From Dehalococcoidia bacterium (GTDB taxonomy: Bacteria; Chloroflexota; Dehalococcoidia; Lucifugimonadales; JADFKI01): 64,000 nt of DNA. The stretch spans positions 2,471,961-2,535,960 of the forward strand of contig OZ241333.1 in assembly GCA_965200085.1 (NCBI GenBank), in the 5' to 3' direction. The notes under the pieces were generated by a model. The model saw nothing but the letters and a program-made list of their open reading frames with translations. It had not been told where the DNA came from and did not search any database. Below are positions 36,969 through 46,573 of this stretch, piece after piece. The translations under genes were made by a program, and so were the position numbers. Numbering within the stretch: position 1 is the stretch's first letter; the number at the start of each line of letters is the position of its first letter.

Positions 36969-37652
36969 CTACGGGTTAGTCTGCTTGACGCAAGTATTCG
37001 CCATACTTCTGACTACATCTCCAAACGATGCTATTTTCGCTTTGTCTTTATCGCCTTTGGTTTCTACGCCGCTTGAGACATCCACACCCCAAGGGCGCAC
37101 AGTTTCGATTGCCTCTTGTACGTTGTCAGGGGCAAGACCGCCGGCGAGGAAAACAGGATGCCGTCGCGCAATCTCATACGCTATGCCCCAGTCGAAGGTA
37201 TGCCCTGTGCCGCCAAGCGCACCGTCGATACGCTTGTCCAGAAGCGTGATATGAAGTCTGTTGGAAACTTCCTCCACCTGTCTCAGCGCGTCCGATATTG
37301 CAGTCTCTCGCGGCAGGCTGTCATCGACTTTAACTTGGCGCAATACCCAGGCGTTCACATTGTCCCAATAGTCCGGCGATTCAGAGCCGCACAGCTGCGC
37401 GAAGTCAAGCTCACACTCTTGCACCGTTCTGTTCACTTCGCGCAAAGGCTGGTTTGCGAACAGACCCACAATGCGCGGGCAGCTTGCGCCGCGTATCTCG
37501 CGTATTCGGAATATAACGCTCTGCGCGTGTTCCACTGATACCTGTCGGCGCACTCCGGGTACAAACACAAAGCCCAGCATGGAAGCCCCCGCGTCCGCCG
37601 CCGCAAGCGCATGCTCCAGTGTCCGCAGTCCGCATATTTTGAACTCTGTCAC
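36969..37652 (-). CDS. trpF: Phosphoribosylanthranilate isomerase
   Basis: KICGL..., GFVF and LAGGL motifs. The start overlaps the trpC stop (ATGA type). Confidence 0.88.
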   Translation of the reverse strand: MTEFKICGLRTLEHALAAADAGASMLGFVFVPGVRRQVSVEHAQSVIFRIREIRGASCPRIVGLFANQPLREVNRTVQECELDFAQLCGSESPDYWDNVNAWVLRQVKVDDSLPRETAISDALRQVEEVSNRLHITLLDKRIDGALGGTGHTFDWGIAYEIARRHPVFLAGGLAPDNVQEAIETVRPWGVDVSSGVETKGDKDKAKIASFGDVVRSMANTCVKQTNP

Positions 37653-38431
37653 ACTAACTCTCCTAGCTTTGCTCCTACATCGGGCGCAGTTACCAGCGCC
37701 TCACCGATAAGCGCCGCATGCGCTCCTGCTGATCTAATGCGCCGCAAATGTTCGCGGTCGCTTATTCCGCTCTCGCTCACGATTACCTTGCCGAAAGGGA
37801 TTTTTGATGCCAGCCGTTCGGTAACCGAGAGGTCGGTGATGAATGTGCGCAGGTCGCGGTTGTTGATACCGATAATTTCGGCTCCGGCACTAAGCGCGAC
37901 CCTCAGCTCGTCTTCGTCGTGTACTTCTACAAGACACTGCATCCAGAATTTTTGGCTCAGTTCCATGAGCGCCTTCAAACGCTCCTTTGTCAGCATCGCG
38001 ACGATGAGCAAAATGGCGTCGGCTCCGTAAGCGCGTGCCTCATATATCTGATACTCGTCGAATATGAACTCCTTGCGCAGCACCGGAATCTTCCGCGCAT
38101 TGGCGACCGCGTGTACGGCGCTCAGGTGCTCTATGCTCCCCTGGAAGTGGTCGGTATTGGTCAGCACAGAAATGGCTGCCGCTCCATTATCCGCGTAAGT
38201 CTTGGCAAGCGAATGTGGATCGAAGTCTTCTCTAAGCAGACCTTTAGAAGGAGAAGCCTTCTTTACTTCCGCGATAATACGCACAGATTCACCGAACAGT
38301 GCACCCGCGAGATTTAACGGGGGCTGCTGCGCTTCTATGCGCTTCTCAAGTTCAGTAATCGGTACTTCCGCCTTCAGACGCTCGACTTCGCGCCTCTTCA
38401 CATCGACTATCCTTTGCAGTATGTCAGACAT
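37649..38431 (-). CDS. trpC: Indole-3-glycerol phosphate synthase
   Basis: IAEVKKASPSKG, LRKEFI, IGINNRDL and SESGI motifs. Confidence 0.92.
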   Translation of the reverse strand: MSDILQRIVDVKRREVERLKAEVPITELEKRIEAQQPPLNLAGALFGESVRIIAEVKKASPSKGLLREDFDPHSLAKTYADNGAAAISVLTNTDHFQGSIEHLSAVHAVANARKIPVLRKEFIFDEYQIYEARAYGADAILLIVAMLTKERLKALMELSQKFWMQCLVEVHDEDELRVALSAGAEIIGINNRDLRTFITDLSVTERLASKIPFGKVIVSESGISDREHLRRIRSAGAHAALIGEALVTAPDVGAKLGELV

Positions 38432-38498
38432 AATTTCCTTTTCATAAGGTATTCAGCCATTTATTGTCGTGTTACTTGCGAACTGTAGTGAATTGTAT

Positions 38499-39512
38499 TC
38501 ACTCCAATTCCCGGCTCAGCGCAATAAACGAATCCATCCTGTTCTTGGCATTTCCACTGGCAATCGAATTGGCTGCTGCCTCGACGCCTTCTTGCAGTGT
38601 ATTCACAATTTCGGCGGCAAGCAGCGAGGCAGCGGCGTTCATCAGCACGATATTGAGCGCAGGTCCCTTCTTGCAGTCCAGAACATCACGCAGTATCTGT
38701 GCGCTCTGTTCAGCGTCTGATGCCTGTATATCGCTGAGAAGCGCCCTGTCGATGCTTAATTCTTCCGGCGATATGGCATACTCGCTGACCGACCCGTCTC
38801 TCAGCTCCCATATACGAGTTGAATTCGATATGGTGATTTCGTCCAAACCGTCATTGCCATGCACCACCAAAGCGCGCTTGCTCCCAAGTTTGCCCAGCGC
38901 ATCCGCCATCTTGGCAGCCGTTAGAGGGTCGGCAACTCCTATTATTTGAGCGCTGGCTCCGGCCGGATTGGTCAGTGGTCCTAATATGTTGAAGACCGTG
39001 CGTATGCCAATTTCGCGGCGGGGACCTGCGGCGAAGCGCATCGAAGGATGGAAACGCTGTGCGAACATGAAACCGAAGCCTGTTTCGTCGATGCACTGAG
39101 CAACGGATTCCGGGCTCAGGTCAATTTTAGCTCCTAAGGCTTCCAGCACATCCGCACTGCCAGATGAGCCAGACATCGCGCGATTGCCGTGCTTGGCGAC
39201 TTTCGCGCCTGCGCCTGCCGCCACAAATGCCGCCGCTGTGGATACATTAAAGGTGCCTGCGCCGTCCCCGCCGGTGCCGCATGTATCAACCAGCGCGCCG
39301 CTAACCTTGACATGCAGCGAATGGGCGCGCATAACCTGCGCCATGCCCGCAATTTCGTCCACCGTTTCACCTTTCAGCCGAAGCGCCGTAACGAACGCCC
39401 CGAACTGTGCCGGTGTTGCTTCCCCGCTCATAATCTCGTTCATCACGTCTGCCGCGTCTTCCATAGACAGGGACTCACCACTCACGACGGCCTCTATTGA
39501 TTCCCTAATCAT
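38499..39512 (-). CDS. trpD: Anthranilate phosphoribosyltransferase
   Basis: DTCGTGGDG, KHGNRA and NILGPLTNP motifs. Confidence 0.93.
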   Translation of the reverse strand: MIRESIEAVVSGESLSMEDAADVMNEIMSGEATPAQFGAFVTALRLKGETVDEIAGMAQVMRAHSLHVKVSGALVDTCGTGGDGAGTFNVSTAAAFVAAGAGAKVAKHGNRAMSGSSGSADVLEALGAKIDLSPESVAQCIDETGFGFMFAQRFHPSMRFAAGPRREIGIRTVFNILGPLTNPAGASAQIIGVADPLTAAKMADALGKLGSKRALVVHGNDGLDEITISNSTRIWELRDGSVSEYAISPEELSIDRALLSDIQASDAEQSAQILRDVLDCKKGPALNIVLMNAAASLLAAEIVNTLQEGVEAAANSIASGNAKNRMDSFIALSRELE

Positions 39513-39523
39513 GAACTCCTCCC

Positions 39524-40087
39524 TTACATTTCAAGGAAATTTCGCAGCAAGTCGTGTCCGACTTTTGTCATTATGGACTCAGGGTGGAACTGGATGCCCT
39601 CCACGGGGTCTCGCTTGTGCCGCACGCCCATCACTATACCTTGGTCCGTCCAAGCAGTAACTTCTAAATCTGCGGGCAGGTCTTCTTTATACACGGCAAG
39701 CGAATGGTAGCGTATCGCCTCGAATGGGTTGGGCAGCCCCTTGAATACGCCCAGCCCGTCGTGGTGTATGAGGGACATCTTACCGTGCATTATCTCGCCG
39801 GCGCTTCCGACCGTGCCGCCGTACGCGTCTCCGATACACTGGTGTCCGAGGCACACGCCCAGCGTAGGGGTGCGCTCTCCGAAGTGCAAAATCACATCGT
39901 TGGAAATCCCCGCTTCCTTGGGAGTGCAAGGCCCCGGTGATATGACTATCTTCTCCGGCGCCATCTCTTCAATGTCGGCAATCGTAGTCTTGTTGTTGCG
40001 CACAACTTCGACCTCTGCGCCCAGTTCGCAAAGGTATTGATAGAGGTTATATGTGAAGCTGTCGTAGTTGTCTATCAGAAGTATCAA
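39524..40087 (-). CDS. trpG: Anthranilate synthase component II (glutamine amidotransferase)
   Basis: ILLIDNYDSFTYNL, GVCLGHQ and IQFHPES (triad GATase). Confidence 0.92.
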   Translation of the reverse strand: MILLIDNYDSFTYNLYQYLCELGAEVEVVRNNKTTIADIEEMAPEKIVISPGPCTPKEAGISNDVILHFGERTPTLGVCLGHQCIGDAYGGTVGSAGEIMHGKMSLIHHDGLGVFKGLPNPFEAIRYHSLAVYKEDLPADLEVTAWTDQGIVMGVRHKRDPVEGIQFHPESIMTKVGHDLLRNFLEM

Positions 40088-40160
40088 TGTATTGTCCTTG
40101 TGCTGTCCCTTCTTGCCCTATGCGCCTAATTCATTCGCCTAGTCCGGAGCGTATCAGGGT

Positions 40161-41615
40161 TTACTCATGTGTAAGACCGACCTCTTCTGCGGCGTCAATT
40201 GCCCTCATCAGCGCGGAAGCCTTGTGCAAAGTCTCCCTGTATTCGAAGTCCGGTGTGCTGTCGTACACAATCCCACCGCCTGCTTGGGCGTGCGCTATGC
40301 CGTCTTTGATCACAAGAGTGCGTATGTCTATCGCCGTATCCATATTCCCGGACAGATCGAAATATCCAACCGCGCCGGCGTATGGACCTCGCTTGTCCGG
40401 CTCCAGTTCGGCGATAATTTCCATGGCGCGTATTTTGGGAGCGCCGGAAACCGTCCCTGCTGGGAAACAGGCACGCAGCGCATCGAAGTTCGTATATCCT
40501 TCGCGCAGCTTGCCGGTAACATGTGATACGAGGTGCATCACATGAGAGTAACGCTCCACGTCCATCAGCTGTGTAACTTCCACTGTACCCGGTTCACTGA
40601 CGCGCCCAATGTCGTTGCGTCCCAGATCAACTAGCATGATGTGCTCTGCGCGTTCTTTTTCGTCAGTGCGAAGCTCGTGCTCGTTGGCGTTGTCTTCGGC
40701 TTCGGTTGCTCCTCTGGGGCGAGTTCCCGCGATGGGATGGGTTGCGACAGTGCCGTTCTCTACCTGCACCAACATCTCCGGCGATGCGCCTACTATATGG
40801 AAGCCGTCCAGTTCGAGGAAATACATGTATGGGGACGGGTTGATGGCGCGAAGAGAACGGTATATCTGGAACGGGTCTGCGGTGGTCGGTCGAGAGAGGC
40901 GCTGGGAAATGACAGTCTGTATTACATCACCTGCGATGATGTATTCCTTTACGTGATTCACCATGTCGCCGAACTCTTGTGGAGTAACGTTTGAAGTGGT
41001 TGCCAGCTTCTGGCTTGCGGTTCTGTGGCTGGGCGCTGGCATTGACAGGGGAGCAGCAAGCCGATTCACTATCTCGTCAATGCGGCTGACTGCGTCTGAG
41101 TAAGCCTGTTCGATATTTCCATTCAGGTGAGCATGGCTTATGACGCTGATTTTATGCTGCAAGTGATCGAAGACGAGAAAAGTCTTGGTTATCATAAAGA
41201 CTGCTTCAGGCAGACCCAGCACATCGCTTTCCGGAGAAGGCAGCGTCTCAAAATAGTTGACCGATTCATAAGAAAGGTAGCCGACTGCACCGCCATTGAA
41301 GCGCTGCAAGTTGGGTACATCAATTAGCTTGAATTGACCGAGTTCCCGCTCTATCGGTTTAAGTGGGTCAACCTTACCGTACTGTTGTGAGGGACCTGTC
41401 TTGATGACCGAGTCGGGTTCTGTGCCTATGAAGCTGTAGCGCGCTATTCGTTCACCTCCTTCTATGCTTTCTAATAAGAACGAGTAAGGCGGGCGCGCCA
41501 CCTTCAGATATGCAGACACAGGAGTGTCTAGGTCTGCATTCACTTCGCGGCAGATGGGAATCAAATTGCCCTTATGGGCAAGCTCCTTCACCTGCTCTAA
41601 ATCCGGATAGTACAT
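40161..41615 (-). CDS. trpE: Anthranilate synthase component I
   Basis: LLESIEGGE..., GAPKIRAMEII...RGPYAGAVGY and AGGGIVYDS motifs. Confidence 0.93.
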   Translation of the reverse strand: MYYPDLEQVKELAHKGNLIPICREVNADLDTPVSAYLKVARPPYSFLLESIEGGERIARYSFIGTEPDSVIKTGPSQQYGKVDPLKPIERELGQFKLIDVPNLQRFNGGAVGYLSYESVNYFETLPSPESDVLGLPEAVFMITKTFLVFDHLQHKISVISHAHLNGNIEQAYSDAVSRIDEIVNRLAAPLSMPAPSHRTASQKLATTSNVTPQEFGDMVNHVKEYIIAGDVIQTVISQRLSRPTTADPFQIYRSLRAINPSPYMYFLELDGFHIVGASPEMLVQVENGTVATHPIAGTRPRGATEAEDNANEHELRTDEKERAEHIMLVDLGRNDIGRVSEPGTVEVTQLMDVERYSHVMHLVSHVTGKLREGYTNFDALRACFPAGTVSGAPKIRAMEIIAELEPDKRGPYAGAVGYFDLSGNMDTAIDIRTLVIKDGIAHAQAGGGIVYDSTPDFEYRETLHKASALMRAIDAAEEVGLTHE

Positions 41616-41683
41616 CGTTTATATTCCTCCGAATTCGGGCTGCGTAAGCGTGTGTGCTTGAGCGCAGCCCGGAAGATGTCTAG

Positions 41684-42736
41684 TTAGTTATACTGCGGCA
41701 GAGTAAAGCCTACGCGCCGCTTTATTTCATCCATTTTGGGCGTTGCGACAGCGGCAGCGTCTTCGGCGCCCTTGGCGAGCATGCGGTCTAGCTCCGCAGG
41801 GTCATTCATGAACTCATAGTAGCGCTTCTGGATTGGCGTCAGCGCGTCTATGACCACTTCTGATACACGCGACTTCAGATCGCCGTAGCCGCGCGCGTCT
41901 GCAAAGTCGGCAATCACTTCGCGCTGAGACTTGTTTGTGATTACCTTGTAGATGCCGAGCAGATTGTTGACTCCCGCCTTTTCAGGATCATCGGAGAATG
42001 CAATCTCGTTTCTGGAGTCTGTTACTGCGCGCTTGATTGTGCGCTCGATCTCTTTAGGGTCGTCGAGCATACGGACTGCGTGTCCGCGTATGTGAGCGTA
42101 GCTCTTGGACATCTTGACGGTGGGGTCATTCATTCCCATAACTCGCGCGCCAATATCCGGTATCATTGGCTCCGGCACGACGAAAGTTTCGCCATAGATG
42201 TGGTTGAAGCGTATGGCGATGTCGCGCGCCAGCTCGACATGCTGACGCTGGTCGTCGCCGACCGGCACTTCATGGGAGTCGTACAGCAGGATGTCCCCTG
42301 CCATCAAGACAGGATAGTCGAACAAGCCTGCGGACACGCTTTCCTGTCGCGAGGACTTGTCCTTGAATTGCGTCATGCGCTCCAGCCATCCCATTGGAGT
42401 TACGCAGTTTAGTACCCAGCAGGACTCGGCGTGCGCCGCCACATGGCTCTGAACGAACACGGTACTTTTGTCAGGGTGAAGACCGGCAGCGAAGAGCACA
42501 GCCGCCAAGGAGCGCGTTTGGCTGCGCAGCTCATCCGGATCCTGATATACCGTGATAGCGTGTAGGTCAACCAGGCAGAAGAAGTTCACCTTTTCTTCTT
42601 GTCGCTCGACCCATCCTTTTATAGCTCCTAAGTAATTGCCGAGCTGCACCTCACCGGACGGCTGAATACCGCTAAACACTCGTCTCTTTTCAATGGTGTG
42701 CGGCTGGGCAATATCTTTATATATTTGTGCTGTCAT
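41684..42736 (-). CDS. trpS: Tryptophan--tRNA ligase
   Basis: FSGIQPSGEVQLGNYLG (HIGH-like) and KMSKS, read directly. Confidence 0.92.
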   Translation of the reverse strand: MTAQIYKDIAQPHTIEKRRVFSGIQPSGEVQLGNYLGAIKGWVERQEEKVNFFCLVDLHAITVYQDPDELRSQTRSLAAVLFAAGLHPDKSTVFVQSHVAAHAESCWVLNCVTPMGWLERMTQFKDKSSRQESVSAGLFDYPVLMAGDILLYDSHEVPVGDDQRQHVELARDIAIRFNHIYGETFVVPEPMIPDIGARVMGMNDPTVKMSKSYAHIRGHAVRMLDDPKEIERTIKRAVTDSRNEIAFSDDPEKAGVNNLLGIYKVITNKSQREVIADFADARGYGDLKSRVSEVVIDALTPIQKRYYEFMNDPAELDRMLAKGAEDAAAVATPKMDEIKRRVGFTLPQYN

Positions 42737-42850
42737 ATTAAAGCAAACCTCATTGAAGTTCTTGAAAATCAGTGTTCAACTATAATTTCGCCAGAATGGT
42801 GCGCCGATGAGTTTCATCGTGCAATTACCTCCTGTTATGAAAGATGGCAA

Positions 42851-42880
42851 CAAAAAAACCCGTCCTCAAAAGGGACGGGT
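42851..42880 (-). terminator. Intrinsic terminator of the T-box expression platform
   Basis: Minus strand reads CCCGUCCC-UUUUGAG-GGACGGG followed by U7. Confidence 0.85.
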
Positions 42881-43195
42881 TAATAAACCGTGGTGCCACC
42901 CTAATTTGCCGCCGCGCTCCGTAGGGGCATTAGCGCATGCGACCTCGTTATTAAGTACGGAAAACGCTATGGTGCGTGATCGATACCCTGGGCTATGGTA
43001 ACGGTGCCCGCTCCGGCCACGCCTACTCGTCTGTGTAAGCAGTTCTTGCTTGCTCTCAGTCCTGCGAAAACAGAAGTAAGCCACAAAGCAAGTAATAACA
43101 AAGCCTGCACGAAAACTTTCGGATGGCGGCTCATAGGTCCATTCGGTTCCCTGCGCTAGCGCCGGCTCTCACCTAACCCGGTTCTCTGGAACTTC
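42851..43195 (-). promoter_or_regulatory. T-box riboswitch leader with Trp (UGG) specifier, upstream of trpS and the trp operon
   Basis: Minus strand shows AGAGA plus distal GGUGAGAG (Stem I). The specifier loop is GAA-UGG-A (UGG at 43141-43139). The F-box is CACCGUUACC. The T-box is AAAUUAGGGUGGCACCACGG (plus strand 42888-42907), directly followed by a terminator. Confidence 0.8.
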
Positions 43196-43305
43196 GCTGA
43201 AGAACTTACTACTCCTATTCAATGCCTGTGATGTATCACTGCTGTAGATGATATTAGCGCGATGGAATAATGATTGTCAACAATTATGGTGCGTGGGTAT
43301 TGCCA

Positions 43306-43734
43306 CTATATGGTGTTATTGGATTTGAGATACTTCCGATAGCACACTAACGCTATCGAATCCCTCAACATTTCCTCACTCTTGGAGTATCTCTTTGTTC
43401 TTCTGTACAGCCTGTTTAACTTCCCCCTCCATACTGAATGCAATCCCTCATTCCAGTTTACCTCCCCTCCCTTCTTGGCTACATGCTTGTTCCTAGGCAG
43501 CCATCCTACATATACTCCATACTTGTCTGTCCGGTATCTCTCAGCTTCCGGCAGCCTCTCGTACAACCGCAAGAAGGTCTCTTCCGCCCTGTTTCCTACC
43601 TCAAAGTCCACCCACCTGCTTCCGTAAGTCTCCTCATATACCGCTGTCCAGATCCACACATCTATAGCGAGAACCCCATAGAATTGGAAGTACACAATCC
43701 AATGAGGTCCTCGTTTTTTTTCAACACGTTGCAC
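43306..43734 (-). mobile_element. IS1-family transposase remnant (C-terminal InsB-like part only)
   Basis: EVGNRAEETFLRLYERLPEAERYRTDKYGVYVGWLP...HVAKKGGEVNWNEGLHSVWRGKLNRLYRRTKRYSKSEEML matches the IS1 InsB C-terminus. There is no N-terminal HTH/DDE part and no terminal repeats were seen. Confidence 0.65.
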
Positions 43735-43804
43735 TATTCAACAAAAATAAGAACAGTCCCCGTGAAACGTGATAGACGTCGATACCGACGGTCAATTGCT
43801 TTAT

Positions 43805-43996
43805 TTATGCTTCAAACCCGACCTGACGGTGCGTCCCATCGCAGAAAGGCTTATTCGACGACTCTCCGCAACGACATAGGAACACCATGTCCTCATCAGT
43901 CGAAATCTCGTTGCCGTCTGCATCAACCAGTTTTATCCCGCCCTGTACAAGGTAAGGACCGTTCTTGCGCGCCGTAACCGTAGTAGTGTCTGCCAT
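43805..43996 (-). CDS. CDGSH-type iron-sulfur domain protein
   Basis: KNGPYLV...LCRCGESSNKPFCDGTH is the CDGSH signature. The likely start is MADTTT at 43996. Confidence 0.85.
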   Translation of the reverse strand: MADTTTVTARKNGPYLVQGGIKLVDADGNEISTDEDMVFLCRCGESSNKPFCDGTHRQVGFEA

Positions 43997-44069
43997 AGTT
44001 CTCCCCTTTCTCGTAATATATACCATCAATTTTATCCATTTTCGGATAGTTCGGCAGAATTAACCGATA

Positions 44070-44135
44070 CTGCCTCAGATTGAAATTTTCACTGCATCAT
44101 TGACGGCTGCGTATTTTCATATTTCAATCTGAGGC
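44070..44135. repeat. Perfect 16-bp inverted repeat (tgcctcagattgaaat / atttcaatctgaggca) with a 34-nt spacer, between the etf gene and the CDGSH gene
   Basis: Read directly: arms at 44070-44085 and 44120-44135. Confidence 0.9.
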
Positions 44136-44242
44136 ACTGCCAATTAACCCTATCCCCTCGCTAAACAGGAGACTAGAAGCCAATGTATCATACTTCGTCA
44201 ATCCTGTATGTTATGCCTGTGTCATGTATATTCATGTAAATA

Positions 44243-46081
44243 TTAAGGGCGTCCTTCCAGCGCCTTAATGAACTCCGGCACAATCTTGGCATAATCTCCC
44301 ACTATTCCAAAGTCCGCCGCTTGGAATATCGGCGCACGCGCGCTGCTGTTGATTGCAACGACTGTCCCCGCCTTCCCAATTCCTACCGTGTGATTAAACA
44401 CACCGCTCAGCGCCACTGCAATATACAAGTTAGGCGACACCGACTTACCCGACAGTCCAATTTGATATTGGCGCGGCAGCCAGCCCAGCTCGGTAACATC
44501 CCGAGTTGCTCCCAGTGGCGCGCCCAGAGCATCAGCAAGGTTCCTCAGTATTGCAAGGTTCTGAGGGCCTCCGATACCTTTGCCCACCCCCACTATTGTA
44601 TCCGCGCTGTCAAGTTCTGCGCCTTCTGCCGCTTCGTCCACCACGTGCTCAAGCATCTGCACGCGGGGGGCGCTCAGAACATCCATCGGTATATGACGCA
44701 CCACAGTCTCTATGCGATCGTCAGGCGCAACCGGCGTCAGAAGTCCCGGACGCACCGTCGCCATATATGGCAGTGTATTCGAGAGTATCGGCGCAACAAT
44801 GTTTCCGCCAAATGCGGGCTTCAGCTGCACTAACCGCCCCTCTTCGTCCACTTCCAGCCCTATACAGTCTCCCGTTAATCCCAGCGACAGCCTGCCCGCA
44901 AGTCGCGCAGCAATCTCTCTGCCCATCACTGTCGAGCCAATGAGTATCGCATAAGGCTGATGTTCACGCGCCTCCGTCGCCAGCACATCGGTGTACATAG
45001 ACACATCATAACTCGCGAGCCGCTCGCCCTGCGCCATCAGCACGCTGTCGGCTCCGTATGCCGTCAGCGTGTCGGCATGGTGCTCGACATCATCTCCAAG
45101 CAGCACAGCCTCTACGCAAGTGTTCAGCGTATCGGCAATCCCGCAAGCACGCCCAAGCAGCTCCAGTGTAATCGGACGCAGCCTGCCGCCCATGGGTTCA
45201 GCCACCACCCATACAGCCCCAACGGATCCACGCTCGCGCCGCGCGCCGCGCTCAGAGACGGCATCAGTTCTGTCCGTGCTGCCGTCAAACACACCGCGCT
45301 CACCAAGATACGCCATCAACTCCGTAACCGCTTCGTCCGCCGGTTTATCCCGCACTACGATGCGTTCGCGCTGCGGTTCGATGGAGTATATTTCACTCAC
45401 CCATGTCGGCGAACCCTCTATGCCAAATATGGATGCATCATCAGTGAGGTCGGCCGCAGTGAGAGCAGCAATGGGCTTTTCCAACGCCGCCTGCCGCTCT
45501 GCGCGTCTTGGATATATCTCCGGCGCAACATCTTCCGTAACCATGATGAGCGCGGGCAGTGCACAGCGCACCACATCATGGCCTTCGTCAGTAATGCGTT
45601 CTGCCTTCAATGCCACGCCATCGTCGGCCGATACATCCAGTTCGAGATGGCGCACACCGCTCACCTGAGGCAAGTCAAGCATCTCTGCTATCTCTGCCCC
45701 CACTTGCCCGGTCTCCGCATCAACGCTGTTGCGTCCGCAGATAATCAGGTCATATTCGTCCAATGCAAGCGCCATCGAAAGCGCCCTGGCAGTTGCCAGA
45801 GTGTCGCTGCCCGCAAACGCCCTGTCATTGAGATGCACTGCGCGGTCTGCGCCCATAGCGAGGCATTGCACGAGCGCATCTCGCGCCTGTGGAGGCCCCA
45901 TCGTATAGACTGCGACTTCCGCGCCATGCGCCTGCTTCAGATTGACGGCAAGAGACATGCCCAGCACATCAAACGGATTCACTTCGCTCGGCACTCCATC
46001 GCGCACCACACGCCGAGTTTCATTGTCGAACTTCAGCAGTGAAACGACCGGTACCTGTTTAATACAAACGGCTATCTTCAT
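44243..46081 (-). CDS. Fused electron-transfer flavoprotein, beta subunit (N-terminal) joined to alpha subunit (C-terminal)
   Basis: The N-terminus MKIAVCIKQVP...NPFD is EtfB-like. The C-terminus GVGKGIG...YIAVALSGVFNH...VVAINSSARAPIFQAADFGIVGD is EtfA-like. It is one uninterrupted 612-aa frame. Confidence 0.88.
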   Translation of the reverse strand: MKIAVCIKQVPVVSLLKFDNETRRVVRDGVPSEVNPFDVLGMSLAVNLKQAHGAEVAVYTMGPPQARDALVQCLAMGADRAVHLNDRAFAGSDTLATARALSMALALDEYDLIICGRNSVDAETGQVGAEIAEMLDLPQVSGVRHLELDVSADDGVALKAERITDEGHDVVRCALPALIMVTEDVAPEIYPRRAERQAALEKPIAALTAADLTDDASIFGIEGSPTWVSEIYSIEPQRERIVVRDKPADEAVTELMAYLGERGVFDGSTDRTDAVSERGARRERGSVGAVWVVAEPMGGRLRPITLELLGRACGIADTLNTCVEAVLLGDDVEHHADTLTAYGADSVLMAQGERLASYDVSMYTDVLATEAREHQPYAILIGSTVMGREIAARLAGRLSLGLTGDCIGLEVDEEGRLVQLKPAFGGNIVAPILSNTLPYMATVRPGLLTPVAPDDRIETVVRHIPMDVLSAPRVQMLEHVVDEAAEGAELDSADTIVGVGKGIGGPQNLAILRNLADALGAPLGATRDVTELGWLPRQYQIGLSGKSVSPNLYIAVALSGVFNHTVGIGKAGTVVAINSSARAPIFQAADFGIVGDYAKIVPEFIKALEGRP

Positions 46082-46155
46082 AGGGGTTTAAGTCTATTCT
46101 CCCTTATGTTGGACAAGATACATTGAGGCAAGGATATGGCGGAAACAACTGCGGA

Positions 46156-46440
46156 TTACTCACTGCGAAGGTTATTCTTCACCCGATCAGCGAAACCCGC
46201 TGGCACGGTCTGCGTAGGCATGGCGCGCAATGCGGCTATCGTCTCGCGCAGGGTACGGAAAAATGCCTCGCACAGCGGGCAGATGCTTATATGAGCGCGA
46301 ACCTTCTGCTCCAGCACGGGATCAAGTTCGCCGTCGATGTAATCTGACGAATGATTGCGTGCTTCTTCGCAGGGTTGGGGCAACTTAACACGCCCAAGCA
46401 GACGCCCAAGCAGACCAAATATGCGGGATCTCAAAGACAT
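46156..46440 (-). CDS. Small soluble zinc-binding (ZAS, zf-HC2) anti-sigma factor
   Basis: C-x25-HISICPLC (H-x3-C-x2-C) with no TM segment. The likely start is MSLRSR at 46440. Confidence 0.7.
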   Translation of the reverse strand: MSLRSRIFGLLGRLLGRVKLPQPCEEARNHSSDYIDGELDPVLEQKVRAHISICPLCEAFFRTLRETIAALRAMPTQTVPAGFADRVKNNLRSE

Positions 46441-46573
46441 ATCTATTTTCTTTGTCCAGCGCTTAATATCAGATATTGAATACAAGTATATCAGCAATCC
46501 TGTATCATACAAGCCAGTAGGCTTTTACTTATCTGATGCTCTGGCTTACAATTGGATGCATGAGCAGTAAGCC

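Noticed and set aside
42776-42817. 13-codon mini-ORF (MKLIGAPFWRNYS) with a strong AGGAGG SD between the T-box terminator and trpS. It contains one Trp codon, so it could be a leader peptide.
   Set aside because: A single Trp codon with no tandem Trp and no alternative attenuator structure around it. The T-box already explains regulation, so this is probably fortuitous. It could be tested by ribosome profiling.
44960-46042. 360-aa plus-strand ORF and its neighbours (45069-45668, 44321-44943).
   Set aside because: They are antisense to the EtfB-EtfA fusion, which has clear family motifs. The composition is Arg/His/Ser-rich and low-complexity.
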